Below, one piece after another: positions 8,901 to 18,174 of a stretch of 64,000 nucleotides of DNA. Within the stretch, counting starts at the first letter, position 1. Every line of letters begins with the position of its first letter. This DNA is from an uncultured Ruminococcus sp. (GTDB taxonomy: Bacteria; Bacillota; Clostridia; Oscillospirales; Acutalibacteraceae), in contig CADCHW010000001.1 of the NCBI GenBank assembly GCA_902801245.1, positions 9,626 through 73,625 on the forward strand, in the 5' to 3' direction. Under the pieces are notes generated by a model that did no database searches, was not told the DNA's origin, and was given only the letters and a program-made list of their open reading frames with translations. The translations under genes and the position numbers were made by a program.

Positions 8901-9478
8901 AAATTTCCGACATAAAGGATAACAGTAATTTCTATGACGGAAAAAAAGTCCGTGTTATTGCTCTTATAGAAGCGGTAAAAACAAAAACCACAAAAAACAA
9001 TTCCGTTATGGCTTTTGTGAATATCGAGGATTTGACGGGCGGTCTGGAAATGCTTGTCTTTCCTCAGACACTTGCGGAGTACGGCAATATGATATTTGAG
9101 GGTAATGCCGTTGAAATATATGCGAACGTAAATGCTAAGGAAGACGAAGAGCCGAAGCTGCTTTGCGACAAACTGAGAATTGCCCCGAAAGAACCTCAGC
9201 CGAACGCACCACGTCAACAGGCGGAAAGTATTCCGCAGCCGCAAAAGCGAAAATCTCCGCAAAGGCTTTATTTGAAATTGCCGTCGAAAAATTCATGGGA
9301 GTGCGAATACAGCAAAAAGCTTCTTGCTGTTTTTGACGGTACAAGCCCTGTTTCGCTTTATTATCAAGATGTTAAGGAATACGAACATTTACCTCATAAT
9401 AATAATGTACATTTGAATGATGTTATGATAAATGAGTTAAAAAGGGTTCTTGGCGACAGTTCAGTTGTTGTAAAATAA
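5990..9478 (+). CDS. dnaE: DNA polymerase III alpha subunit (DnaE type)
   Basis: 1162 aa; N-terminal PHP domain FVHLHLHSEYSLLDG; polymerase core and OB-fold region typical of DnaE. Confidence 0.95.
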   Translation: MSFVHLHLHSEYSLLDGACRVKDLVKSVKEKGQTAVAVTDHGNMFAAVDFFIEAKNAGIKPIIGCEVYVANRTLHDKTAELDSRPYHMILLCENMTGYRNLIKMVSIAWTEGFYRKPRIDDTLLEKYHEGLICLSACLAGEIPRAIVADDINGAYEKAKYYKNLFGDGNFYLELQNHFIKEQTIVNNTLIKMSEDLNIPLVATNDCHYIDKKDSETHNILMCIQTNHTINDNDRMEFPTDEFFIKTEVEMRALFPKAPQAIENTQLIADRCNVEFEFGNTKLPHFDVPNGEDHFEYFKRQCYEGLYKHYGKNPDESLIERLEYELDVVRTMGYVDYYLIVNDFIQYAKSQGIPVGPGRGSGAGSLAAYCIGITGIDPIKYDLIFERFLNPERVSMPDFDVDFCKDRRQEVIDYVIRKYGSDHVAQIIAFGTMAARGAIRDVGRVLDIPYGTVDTIAKLVPFDIGMTIDKALSISSELKRLYDTDPQTKRLIDMAKNIEGMPRHATTHAAGVVITRDPVDTYVPLAKNDEAVVTQYTMTRLEQLGLLKMDFLGLRNLTVLNDAKNMILRTHPNFSDDDINYSDKNVFEMISQGYTQGVFQFESAGMTNVIMQLKPETVEDLIAVISLYRPGPMDSIPTYIENRHHPDNVKYKHPLLKNILNVTYGCIVYQEQVMQIFRTLAGYSLGRADIVRRAMSKKKKDVMEKERKIFIYGYVNENGKVEVDGCVRRGVDEKTAAEIFGEMESFASYAFNKSHAAAYATVSYMTAWYKYHFPKEYMAALLTSLIENSGRLPLYIEECSRLKIKVLPPHVNTSNSGFTVYENDIIFGMQAIKNLGSAVINEIVKEREKGKFKSFYDFCSRLYGKGLNVRGVESLVKAGALDNLGLNRRQMLSGVRQIMDGIETEKRQNLEGQMSFFEGDGEEDAGAFEIPKMSEFPVRDLLSMEKEMTGMYLSGHPLIENQAYINSVKCDKISDIKDNSNFYDGKKVRVIALIEAVKTKTTKNNSVMAFVNIEDLTGGLEMLVFPQTLAEYGNMIFEGNAVEIYANVNAKEDEEPKLLCDKLRIAPKEPQPNAPRQQAESIPQPQKRKSPQRLYLKLPSKNSWECEYSKKLLAVFDGTSPVSLYYQDVKEYEHLPHNNNVHLNDVMINELKRVLGDSSVVVK

Positions 9479-9579
9479 AAAATTTAATTTTTTCGCAGAT
9501 TTTTTCCTGAAATTCACTTGTTATTTTTTGAAATATGTATTATAATAGATACGATTGGAATATAAAAGGAGGACTATTT

Positions 9580-10548
9580 ATGTCACAAAAAGCTATTGCA
9601 GTATTGACAAGCGGCGGTGACGCACCGGGCATGAATGCTGCTGTAAGAGCTGTTGTAAGATCGGGTATTTCCAAGGGAATGAAGGTTTACGGAGTAAGTC
9701 GTGGTTATAACGGACTTCTTACCGGTGACGTTACCGAACTTAACCTTCGCAGTGTTTCGGATATTATCCACCGTGGCGGTACGGTTTTATATACAGCAAG
9801 AAGTGAGGAGTATAACACTCCCGCAGGTGTAAAAAAAGCTGCTGATTTTTGCAGAGAACTCGGTGTTTCGGGTGTTGTTGTAATCGGCGGCGACGGCTCG
9901 TTCAGAGGTGCAAGAGATCTCACAGGCGAGGGCATTCCCTGCGTAGGCATTCCCGGCACTATCGATAACGATATCGCTTGCAGCGAGTACACCGTTGGTT
10001 TCGATACCGCAATGAATACGGCTATGGAAATGGTTGACAAAATCCGTGATACGGCTCAGTCGCACGACCGCTGTTCCGTAGTCGAGGTTATGGGCAGACG
10101 CTGCGGAGATATTGCTTTGCAGACAGGTATTGCCGTTGGTGCGGCTTCAATTCTCGTTCCGGAGGTTGAGTTCGATATCGAAAGAGATGTCATCGCACGT
10201 ATCCTTGCTAATCAGAGTACAGGCAAGAAGCACTTCATCATTGTTGTTGCAGAGGGTGTAGGCAAGGTTGAAGAGCTTGCTACATATATTCAGAACAGAA
10301 CAGGCATTGAATCGAGAGCTACAATTCTCGGTCATGTTCAGAGAGGCGGTTCGCCCACACTCCGTGACAGAGTTGTTGCAAGTGAAATGGGTTACAGAGC
10401 TGTTGCTCTTCTTGAGAACGATATCGGTAACAGAGTGGTTGCAATGAAAAACGGTGTTATCGTTGACTATGATATCACGGAAGCTCTTGATATGCCGAGA
10501 GTGTTCAATAAGGAACTTTACGATATTGCTCACACTATTTCTATTTGA
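9580..10548 (+). CDS. pfkA: ATP-dependent 6-phosphofructokinase
   Basis: Start chosen at MSQKAIAVLTSGGDAPGMNA after AAAGGAGG; PFK motifs GGDGS, PGTIDND, MGR; dnaE-pfkA synteny. Confidence 0.93.
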   Translation: MSQKAIAVLTSGGDAPGMNAAVRAVVRSGISKGMKVYGVSRGYNGLLTGDVTELNLRSVSDIIHRGGTVLYTARSEEYNTPAGVKKAADFCRELGVSGVVVIGGDGSFRGARDLTGEGIPCVGIPGTIDNDIACSEYTVGFDTAMNTAMEMVDKIRDTAQSHDRCSVVEVMGRRCGDIALQTGIAVGAASILVPEVEFDIERDVIARILANQSTGKKHFIIVVAEGVGKVEELATYIQNRTGIESRATILGHVQRGGSPTLRDRVVASEMGYRAVALLENDIGNRVVAMKNGVIVDYDITEALDMPRVFNKELYDIAHTISI

Positions 10549-10719
10549 TATATATTAAAAGTTAAGTTGTATTTTTCAAGCTGATAATTTCAGCATAGTT
10601 TTGTTATGGGGTATATACAGTTTTATATGTTTGTGCGGTTTCTTTAAGAGATTTTTTCTATGAAAAAGTCATGAATTTATATTTTGAAAAAATTGTAAAC
10701 TTTTTTTAAAATATAAGTA

Positions 10720-10748
10720 TTGATTTTTTCTGGAACGTGTTGTATAAT
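10720..10748 (+). promoter_or_regulatory. Sigma-A type promoter for the surface-protein gene
   Basis: TTGATT, 17 nt spacer, TATAAT with an upstream TG. Confidence 0.55.
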
Positions 10749-10807
10749 AAGATTACTGACATTAGTCTATTTTATTATGGCGTATTTATTAACAGGAGGA
10801 AATAACT

Positions 10808-11881
10808 ATGAATAAGAAGTTTATCAGTTTAATTATGGCTGCTCTTCTTGCTGTTTCCGCAGCTGCAGTTAGTGCAAGTGCAGTAGAAACAGACGAAAAG
10901 ACAGCAGGTGCAGAGGTATCGGCAGAAACTGCTGCCGATGAAGATAAGAAGACTTTCTTCTTCGATTCCGGCAACTGGAATTCGCAATCAATCAACTTCT
11001 ACATTTGGGATACTACAAAAGGCGATTATGCTACAGGCAACAACGGTTGGGTTTCCGACAATACATGGGGTTCTAAAAAGAAGCTCGGTGGTACAGCTGT
11101 TGAGGGTAAGCCCGGTGTGTTCGAGTCTTATGAGGTTGACTTTAGCGGAAGAGAGAATGACGCTATCTATGTAATTTTCCATGACCCGGATTCAAATGCT
11201 CAGACTTTTGATGCTCTTATCAATACTTCCGTTTACGGTCATACTGCATCAAGAAACGGTGTTACTTACGAGAACCCCGAAGACAGCAAGAAGACAGCAG
11301 AGGGTGTTAATTTCGATGGCGGCGACGGTCTTGGTATAGCTAAGGTTATCACATCAACCGGTAAGATTCAGGGTGATATCATTCATCCGAGCCTTGATCC
11401 TGCTCAGATTGTTGCTGATTATGTTTTCAAGTATCAGGACAATTCCGAGGCAAACGTGAGCAAGGAATCTGTTCAGAACGCTATTGCAGAGTTCGGCACA
11501 ACTGCTGATGCTGTTTGGGAAAAGTACCAAACTAAGAGCGGTGAGGCTGATTATGCTGACAAAGAGGCTAAGGGTAAGGAATTTATCGCTCCCACCAGCG
11601 GCTCATCAAATGACACATCATCAACATCTTCCGATAATTCTTCTTCAACAACATCTTCCACTTCTTCAAGCGGCAGCAGCACTTCAACTACTAAGACATC
11701 TACAACAGGTACTACCACAACAGGTACATCAGGCACATCAACTGCTACAACAGGCGGTTCTACAACAGGCTCTGCAGACACTGCTTCCACAGGTGACACA
11801 AGAGGCGTAGTTGCTTTTGCAGGTGTTCTCGTTGCAGCAGCAGGCACAATCGTTGCTACTCGCAAGAAGATTGAGGACTGA
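10808..11881 (+). CDS. Secreted cell-surface protein: signal peptide, globular N-domain, Ser/Thr-rich linker, C-terminal hydrophobic anchor with basic tail
   Basis: N-terminal signal MNKKFISLIMAALLAVSAAAVSASA; about 70 aa S/T low-complexity; ends STGDTRGVVAFAGVLVAAAGTIVATRKKIED. Confidence 0.75.
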   Translation: MNKKFISLIMAALLAVSAAAVSASAVETDEKTAGAEVSAETAADEDKKTFFFDSGNWNSQSINFYIWDTTKGDYATGNNGWVSDNTWGSKKKLGGTAVEGKPGVFESYEVDFSGRENDAIYVIFHDPDSNAQTFDALINTSVYGHTASRNGVTYENPEDSKKTAEGVNFDGGDGLGIAKVITSTGKIQGDIIHPSLDPAQIVADYVFKYQDNSEANVSKESVQNAIAEFGTTADAVWEKYQTKSGEADYADKEAKGKEFIAPTSGSSNDTSSTSSDNSSSTTSSTSSSGSSTSTTKTSTTGTTTTGTSGTSTATTGGSTTGSADTASTGDTRGVVAFAGVLVAAAGTIVATRKKIED

Positions 11882-11921
11882 TTTTTAATTTAACTTTAAC
11901 ATCTCTTAAAGAACATAATTC

Positions 11922-11953
11922 AGACCCTTGGTTTAATAGCCGAGGGTCTTTTT
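11922..11953 (+). terminator. Rho-independent terminator
   Basis: AGACCCTTGG...CCGAGGGTCT hairpin followed by TTTT. Confidence 0.75.
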
Positions 11954-12003
11954 ACAGCTTGTAAATAAAATTTAAAAAAATCAGAAATTTTTTAAAAAAA
12001 CTA

Positions 12004-12032
12004 TTGAAATTTATTTTAATTTGGTGTATAAT
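12004..12032 (+). promoter_or_regulatory. Sigma-A type promoter with a ~200-nt leader before 12252
   Basis: TTGAAA, 17 nt spacer, TATAAT with an upstream TG. Confidence 0.5.
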
Positions 12033-12251
12033 ATGATTGTTATAAATTGAGTTGGAAAAATTATGGGAATGTTATTAAGATGGGTAATAACAGATCATTT
12101 ATTGTAAATTTTCCTGTTGGTGAGCAGGTTAATTAAGATTTCTTCTTATTAAATTTTTTCATAGAAAACCTCACTTTTAATCGACTCTTGACAAATTGTC
12201 GGGAGTCGATTCCCTTATATAAATTTTAAAATATATTCAAGGAGATTTATA

Positions 12252-13469
12252 ATGAAAAATAAAAAGCTTTTATCGTTAGTGTTATCTATTGTAATGCTTA
12301 TTCCGACACTATGCTTGCCTTTAAACGCAAGTGCGGCAGAAATCGACTATGTATATTCGGAATCGTATAATTCGGAAGATATAAAATTAATCGAGCCGTC
12401 GGGTGCGGTGTCTAATGTTTCGGTTGATTCCAATGCCGTAACCACTTTGAGGAATGCTCTTCGCAGCCACGAAACACAATCTGTTGTGAAAATTCCTTTT
12501 CCGTCTGTTCCCGTAACAACGGTTTCTGTTAATGTAAAACTGGATAAACCCTCGGATAGTGAGTATTGCAGGGAATATATGCGTACACTTTTTTATAAAG
12601 CGGTCGAGCATACGGGGAATCCCATTGAGGGAGATTATATTCTCCGTCAGATGTCCGAATATGAATGCAGTGTGGAATCTCAGGCAAACGGGAAAAGTAA
12701 GCTCACATACAAGGTGACTTTCTTTACCAACAAAGAAAAAGAAGATGAACTTAATAAAACAGTAGATACAATTCTTAAATCTCTTAATCTTAATGGAAAA
12801 TCCGACTACCAGAAAATTAAAGCAATTTACGATTATCTTTGTACGAATGTTACATATCATAATCTTGATTTCCTTGTTGCAATGTCAACAAATGCCTATA
12901 TTTATTTTCCGACTGCCCATTCCGCATACGGTGCTTTGCAAAATAACAGTGCCGTTTGTCAGGGTTATGCGGTTGCATTTTACAGACTTGCACTTTCGGC
13001 AGGCATTGACAGCCGTGTTATTTTCGGTACAGCTTCGGGCGGAGGACATGCTTGGAACATAGTTAAGCTTGACGGTAAATATTATCTTCTTGATTCAACT
13101 TGGGACGCAGGTCAATCCGAGTACAAATATTTCTTGAAGAGTGAAAAGGATTTTCCCGACCACATCCCCGACGATGAACATAAAACAGCTTCATGGAAGA
13201 GTTCCTATCCCATTTCAGCTACATCTTATACAGCTTCTGCAAAAGCTCCCGTTTATGATACAATAGGTGATGTTGACGGTGACGGCTCTATAACGGCTGC
13301 GGATAGTCTTAGTGTACTTAGAATTTCCGTTAAGCTTGAAACAACAAGCCATACAAAATTAGCCGACGTTGACGGAAACGGTTCAATAGACAGTGCCGAT
13401 GCACTTGATATTTTGAGATATTCCGTTCATTTATCCGCTAATTCCAACATTGGAAAGAAAATTAAATAA
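12252..13469 (+). CDS. Secreted transglutaminase-like cysteine protease-fold protein with C-terminal dockerin
   Basis: Signal peptide; CQGYAVAF...GGHAWN...DSTWD Cys-His-Asp core; two dockerin repeats DVDGDGSITAADSLSVLR and DVDGNGSIDSADALDILR. Confidence 0.8.
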   Translation: MKNKKLLSLVLSIVMLIPTLCLPLNASAAEIDYVYSESYNSEDIKLIEPSGAVSNVSVDSNAVTTLRNALRSHETQSVVKIPFPSVPVTTVSVNVKLDKPSDSEYCREYMRTLFYKAVEHTGNPIEGDYILRQMSEYECSVESQANGKSKLTYKVTFFTNKEKEDELNKTVDTILKSLNLNGKSDYQKIKAIYDYLCTNVTYHNLDFLVAMSTNAYIYFPTAHSAYGALQNNSAVCQGYAVAFYRLALSAGIDSRVIFGTASGGGHAWNIVKLDGKYYLLDSTWDAGQSEYKYFLKSEKDFPDHIPDDEHKTASWKSSYPISATSYTASAKAPVYDTIGDVDGDGSITAADSLSVLRISVKLETTSHTKLADVDGNGSIDSADALDILRYSVHLSANSNIGKKIK

Positions 13470-13483
13470 CGCTATAAATCATC

Positions 13484-13528
13484 AGTCTGCCGTATACAGT
13501 GAAAATATTGTATACGGCAGACTTTTTA
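13484..13528. terminator. Bidirectional terminator between convergent genes
   Basis: 14-bp perfect stem AGTCTGCCGTATAC/GTATACGGCAGACT followed by TTTTT. Confidence 0.75.
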
Positions 13529-13529
13529 T

Positions 13530-15362
13530 TTACACTATTTCAACATTATATTTCTTAAACCAATAGTCAATCTCCGCAATATATGCCAAAATCTGAGGAG
13601 CTCTCATAAGCTGACCGTACCACGGCGATGAAATATTATCGGGATTACGGATTATTTCGAGAATACCGTCCTTGTTCAAAAATTCGTTTAAAGGTGAAGA
13701 TTTATCTTCGAGTACTCTTATTGCACCCTCGGAGGTAAGCTTCATATATAAGGGATTGTGAGTTTTCGGATAGGGACTTTTCTTTCTCCAAGTGATTGTT
13801 TCGGGGAGCAAATCGGAAAATGCTTCACGAACAATGCCTTTTTCACGACCGTTCAAAGCCTTTAAATCCCACGGCATATTGTAAGCGTAACTCACAATTC
13901 TGTAGTCGCAGAACGGAACTCTGACCTCCAAACCGTTGTACATTGAACAGCGGTCTTTTCTGTCAAGGAGCGTCTGCATAAACCAATTAAAATTGAGCAT
14001 AAACATTTCACGCATTCGCTTTTGGTGAGGAGTATCGGAGGGGAGAGTGTCTGTTTGACTTACGGTTTCGCTGTAACGTGTGTGAACATATTCCTCGCCG
14101 TGCGGCAGAAATCCGTCTTTAAGAATGCTTCGCCTGATAGCCTGCGAACGTGACCACGGAAAACATTCTTCAAATAAAATATCCTTATTGTGATACCACG
14201 GATAACCGCCGAATAATTCGTCCGCACACTCACCCGAAAGAGCAACGGTAAAATCTTTCTTAACCTCACGGCAGAAAAGCAGCAGGGAAGAGTCAACATC
14301 AACCATACCGGGCAAATCACGGGCATTTACGGAATCAAACAAGGCGTTGTACAAATCGGTATTTTCCAAAATTACTTGATGATGATTAGAACCTATGTGA
14401 TTGACCATAATGTCGATAAAATCTTCGTCCGAGTTCGGCTGAAAAAGACTTTTTTGAAAGTACTTTTTATTATCAACATAGTTTACCGAATATGTGTCAA
14501 GAACTTTATTTTTAGCTTTAAAATAATTTGCGGCGACATTTGAAATAATACTGCTGTCAAGACCGCCCGAAAGAAACGTGCAAAGGGGAACGTCACTGAC
14601 AAGCTGACGTTCAATTGCATCTGTGAGGAGATAGCGAACGTGTTGGATAGTTTGTTTGCGGTCATGAGTATGCTCGGCAGCGGTTATCTTAAAGTAACGT
14701 TTCTTGTCAAGCTTGCTGTCTTTATAAACCGCACATTCGCCGGGGAGAAGCTCTCCGACACCTTTGAAAATTCCGCCTCCGTTAGTCCGCCCCGGACCTA
14801 TAAAGAAAATTTCCATAAGCCCCTCTTCGTCAATCTGCGGCTTAACAAGAGGATTCGCAAGCAGTGCCTTAATCTCAGAGCCGAAGAGAATACCGCCGTC
14901 ATATTTATAATAGAAAAACGGTTTAACCCCAATAGGATCTCTTGCCATAAACAGGGAGTTATCACGGCTGTCGTAAACCGTAAACGCAAAAATACCGTTC
15001 AGCTTTTCAACGCACTTTTCGCCCCATTGAATGTATGACTTTAAAAGTACCTCCGTGTCGGAATGACCGTTGAAGCTGTGACCGTGTGACAGTAAATCCC
15101 TGCGTAAATCCTCGGTGTTGTACAGCTCGCCGTTGTATACAAGAGTAATATTCTTGTCACCGAGTGTGGCACTCATCGGCTGCTTTCCCGTTTCGGGGTC
15201 GATTACAGTAAGCCGCCTGTGAAGCATACACACATTATTTTCAAGATATATGCCGTGTTCATCGGGACCACGGCGGCAGAGAGTTTCACTCATTCTTTTG
15301 ATTGTGTCGATATTTCCGTCAATGTTTTCTCTGTCGGAAAACCAACCTGCAATTCCGCACAT
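13530..15362 (-). CDS. asnB: Asparagine synthase (glutamine-hydrolysing)
   Basis: N-terminal MCGIAG Ntn-amidotransferase start; SGGLDSS PP-loop; 610 aa. Confidence 0.88.
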   Translation of the reverse strand: MCGIAGWFSDRENIDGNIDTIKRMSETLCRRGPDEHGIYLENNVCMLHRRLTVIDPETGKQPMSATLGDKNITLVYNGELYNTEDLRRDLLSHGHSFNGHSDTEVLLKSYIQWGEKCVEKLNGIFAFTVYDSRDNSLFMARDPIGVKPFFYYKYDGGILFGSEIKALLANPLVKPQIDEEGLMEIFFIGPGRTNGGGIFKGVGELLPGECAVYKDSKLDKKRYFKITAAEHTHDRKQTIQHVRYLLTDAIERQLVSDVPLCTFLSGGLDSSIISNVAANYFKAKNKVLDTYSVNYVDNKKYFQKSLFQPNSDEDFIDIMVNHIGSNHHQVILENTDLYNALFDSVNARDLPGMVDVDSSLLLFCREVKKDFTVALSGECADELFGGYPWYHNKDILFEECFPWSRSQAIRRSILKDGFLPHGEEYVHTRYSETVSQTDTLPSDTPHQKRMREMFMLNFNWFMQTLLDRKDRCSMYNGLEVRVPFCDYRIVSYAYNMPWDLKALNGREKGIVREAFSDLLPETITWRKKSPYPKTHNPLYMKLTSEGAIRVLEDKSSPLNEFLNKDGILEIIRNPDNISSPWYGQLMRAPQILAYIAEIDYWFKKYNVEIV

Positions 15363-15374
15363 AGAATTACCTCC

Positions 15375-16517
15375 TTATTCTTGAATACATTTATCATGGT
15401 TAAGCAAACCTCTAATATATGTATTCATAAATATCAAAAATAGAATACTCGAAATAAAAAGAGCCAAACTTCCATAAAAACTGCTTGAAGAAAAATATGA
15501 TTCACTCTCAACAAAATTAGAAAATACTTCATTGTCGATAACAACAAACAGGGTTGCGGCAAAAGTCAAAGCTGCGGAAAGAGTTCCGTTGAAAATTCTC
15601 GCAAGCACAAAGGAAGTTTTGTTTACCTTGAAATTTTCAACAGCGGCAAAAATCTGGAAATGTACGCAAATTCCGCTCCAGCCGACCGCAAGCGATGTGA
15701 AATAAATCGGCAAATGTGCGTCTGAAATACAGTTACAGCCGTCTGTTACCTCCAAAACCGATTTAATTATAATTCCGATTAGAGAATCTCCGTCAATCTT
15801 AAGTGCTGTGAGAAAAATTGAACTAAACGATGAAAACAATACTACCAACGCACATAAATTAACTGTAGCCGCACAAGCATTTTTAGCCGAGATAATAAAC
15901 GCAGGGGCAAATTCAATCTTGTTTTGAGCATTGCGGACAGACTTTTGAAGAGGTTCTTTTTTTCGGGCGAATAAACCCAGTACTATTCCAATAATTAAGC
16001 TTGATAAAATCTGAGCTGTGAGTAAAATTATTCCTATTAACTCGCTGTCGTAAAGCTCCGCCCCGACAACACTTATCAAAAATGCAGGTCCCGAGTTCAC
16101 GCAAAAGCAAAGCATTCTTTGAGCTTGTTTCTCGGTGATTTTCCCTTGCTTGTAAAGTGCAGACGTTCCGACTGCACCAACGGGAAATCCTCCGATTAAG
16201 CTTAACAGAACTGTCACACCGGCTTCGCTTGGAAGATAAAGTACCTTTTCGGTAAACGGTGCAAGCACACGTCCGACCTTGCTTGATATTCCGTATTCTA
16301 CCTCAAAATTGGATAGAAACATAAACGGAAACAGCGAGGGAATAAGCACCCCGAAAGAGTACATTAAGCCGCTTCTTGCTCCGTCAACCGATACTTTCGG
16401 CATAGCCAGAACACCGATACATACTGCCGCAAAGAGTAACGTTACCGTTAAAAATAATAGCATATCCGTTTTTTTACTGTAATAAATTTTTCTTGTCACG
16501 TCCCGATTTCCTTTCAT
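15375..16517 (-). CDS. Polytopic membrane protein, YlbJ-like sporulation integral membrane / nucleoside-recognition (Gate) domain protein
   Basis: About 10 hydrophobic segments; size and composition as for YlbJ; immediately upstream of asnB on the same strand. Confidence 0.5.
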   Translation of the reverse strand: MKGNRDVTRKIYYSKKTDMLLFLTVTLLFAAVCIGVLAMPKVSVDGARSGLMYSFGVLIPSLFPFMFLSNFEVEYGISSKVGRVLAPFTEKVLYLPSEAGVTVLLSLIGGFPVGAVGTSALYKQGKITEKQAQRMLCFCVNSGPAFLISVVGAELYDSELIGIILLTAQILSSLIIGIVLGLFARKKEPLQKSVRNAQNKIEFAPAFIISAKNACAATVNLCALVVLFSSFSSIFLTALKIDGDSLIGIIIKSVLEVTDGCNCISDAHLPIYFTSLAVGWSGICVHFQIFAAVENFKVNKTSFVLARIFNGTLSAALTFAATLFVVIDNEVFSNFVESESYFSSSSFYGSLALFISSILFLIFMNTYIRGLLNHDKCIQE

Positions 16518-16623
16518 ATTGAAAATTCTTGTTTTTAAAATTTATATTCAGATGTAACGTCAGATATGCAAAAAAATTACTCCGACCCAGCAGAAAGGTG
16601 CTGAATCGGAGTATTGTTATTTA

Positions 16624-17130
16624 TTATTTATCGGTAACGGTAATATTAATTTTGAAACGTTTTTTCACTAACAAATCGGCAATCGGCAGAATAACCATAT
16701 AAGCAGTAAAAACAAAATATGTAACATCAAGGTCTGCCCAAACCGGAGAAATGTCAACAAACAATCCTATTTTAAAAAGTGTAATAATCATACTTATTAC
16801 AAAAAGAAGAAACACGTTGAATAAAAAAACTATAGAAAATCCTATTTTCCAGCCTATATGACTGTCTTTTAAATTTAGCCAGTCCTTTTTCAAAAATAGT
16901 TTCCAAGCAAAATAGTACCCAACAATAAACATAATTACCCCTATGAAGAAAAACGGATAATTTATTTTGTAAAGCTGTGTCGGGGCAATACCGCCGCCGT
17001 AGCCTGATTTGCCTGTGTTACCTATAAATAAATATTGTATGAACAAACTTAATGAAAGCCACAAGTCTGCTGCAAGCCAGTGCAGAATTGTAGTTCCAAT
17101 AGTTTTCCAATTATTTTTTGTTTCCGTCAT
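16624..17130 (-). CDS. Hypothetical integral membrane protein
   Basis: 168-aa ORF with 4-5 hydrophobic segments; no recognised motif. Confidence 0.5.
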   Translation of the reverse strand: MTETKNNWKTIGTTILHWLAADLWLSLSLFIQYLFIGNTGKSGYGGGIAPTQLYKINYPFFFIGVIMFIVGYYFAWKLFLKKDWLNLKDSHIGWKIGFSIVFLFNVFLLFVISMIITLFKIGLFVDISPVWADLDVTYFVFTAYMVILPIADLLVKKRFKINITVTDK

Positions 17131-17155
17131 ATTTTATACCCTCCACATTAATTTT

Positions 17156-17199
17156 AAAAATGCTTGATATAATTCTAAATAAACTATATCAAGCATTTT
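17156..17199 (-). terminator. Terminator after the G3E GTPase pair
   Basis: 15-bp perfect stem AAAATGCTTGATATA/TATATCAAGCATTTT with flanking T-run on the minus strand. Confidence 0.7.
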
Positions 17200-17208
17200 C
17201 GTATATAA

Positions 17209-18147
17209 TTAGAATGTTACAACAGGCTGTTCGGGCTGCGTTGCGGGGGTTACGGAAATAACCTTTAATACAGGTCCTTTACGCTTGTAAATCTTGTTAT
17301 ACTCAATTGAAATATCTGCCGTGACATTAACCCAGCTGCCCTGAGCAAGCTTCAAATCCTTGTCGGACTTGCAGATAACTCCGCCGTAAGTGATATCCTC
17401 AACGCAGCAAGTCATAATATGTCTGCCGACAGCAAATGTTTTCTTGTCGAAGTCCTTGTTTCTCGCAACAAGACCCTTGAACTTAATTGTCTTTCCGTCG
17501 TACTTGTCCATTTCCTCGGTGCAATCTCTGTACCAAAGAGCATAGTCATCGTCCTGAATTTCAATCACATCTGCGTCAACGTCAAAGGGGAGAGGGTCTA
17601 CAATATCATCATAAACCACTTTACCGTTTGTGTATTCGTAGGCAATCTCGGTGCGTCTGCTCAAAGCACGAACCGCCGTGTGAAAGGGCATTTGGTCTGC
17701 ACCGATAGGAACTCTGTTGAAAACTACCATATCCGTATCCTGAATCTTGTCAACAACAAGACTTCTGATATTTGCATTGTAGCTTTCAAATGTGGCTGCA
17801 TCAAAAAATGTCATCTGCTGATAAATAATCCATTCCTCGGGTATTACATCGTACAAATCCTGCAACTGCCACATACCGTTGTATTCAACGAGAACTCTCG
17901 TTGCCTTAGCCTTTTCGGCGGCTTGGGCAAGTCTTTCCTCGGTCAAATCCTCTTTCTCTTCAATTACTTCAAAATAAACATCTTTGCTCGGAATTTTGGA
18001 AGGCTCATATTCCTCAACACCCTCTTCGCATACAAGTACAAGAGTTCTCTCTTTTTTGTGAAATCTCTTGTCTTCAAGTGTTTCCTGCATAAACTTGGTT
18101 TTACCGCTTTCCAAAAAACCGGCGAATAAATAAACCGGAATCTCCAT
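17209..18147 (-). CDS. G3E/CobW-like P-loop protein lacking CxCC, with a distinct C-terminal TCC-motif domain
   Basis: GFLESGKTKF P-loop; no CxCC in the G-domain; C-terminal HIMTCCVEDITYGG; 27 nt downstream of the COG0523 gene. Confidence 0.65.
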   Translation of the reverse strand: MEIPVYLFAGFLESGKTKFMQETLEDKRFHKKERTLVLVCEEGVEEYEPSKIPSKDVYFEVIEEKEDLTEERLAQAAEKAKATRVLVEYNGMWQLQDLYDVIPEEWIIYQQMTFFDAATFESYNANIRSLVVDKIQDTDMVVFNRVPIGADQMPFHTAVRALSRRTEIAYEYTNGKVVYDDIVDPLPFDVDADVIEIQDDDYALWYRDCTEEMDKYDGKTIKFKGLVARNKDFDKKTFAVGRHIMTCCVEDITYGGVICKSDKDLKLAQGSWVNVTADISIEYNKIYKRKGPVLKVISVTPATQPEQPVVTF

Positions 18148-18174
18148 ATTCTCCTCCGTTATATTGTTGTTAAA

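Noticed and set aside
10549-10807. c-di-GMP or other riboswitch upstream of the surface-protein gene
   Set aside because: I recognised no conserved aptamer core. The region contains a consensus promoter only about 60 nt upstream of the start codon, leaving too short a leader.
11590-11790. Repetitive ACA/TCT-rich segment as a satellite or phase-variation tract
   Set aside because: It is in frame within the surface-protein gene and encodes a Ser/Thr-rich linker. There is no homopolymer or exact short tandem repeat likely to slip.
13530-15362. Asparagine synthase homolog as a lasso-peptide cyclase, given PqqD-like and transglutaminase-like genes elsewhere in the window
   Set aside because: It has a canonical MCGIAG glutaminase start and housekeeping AsnB features. 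It lies 25 kb from the PqqD-like gene and is co-oriented with a ylbJ-like gene. There is no adjacent B-protein or precursor.
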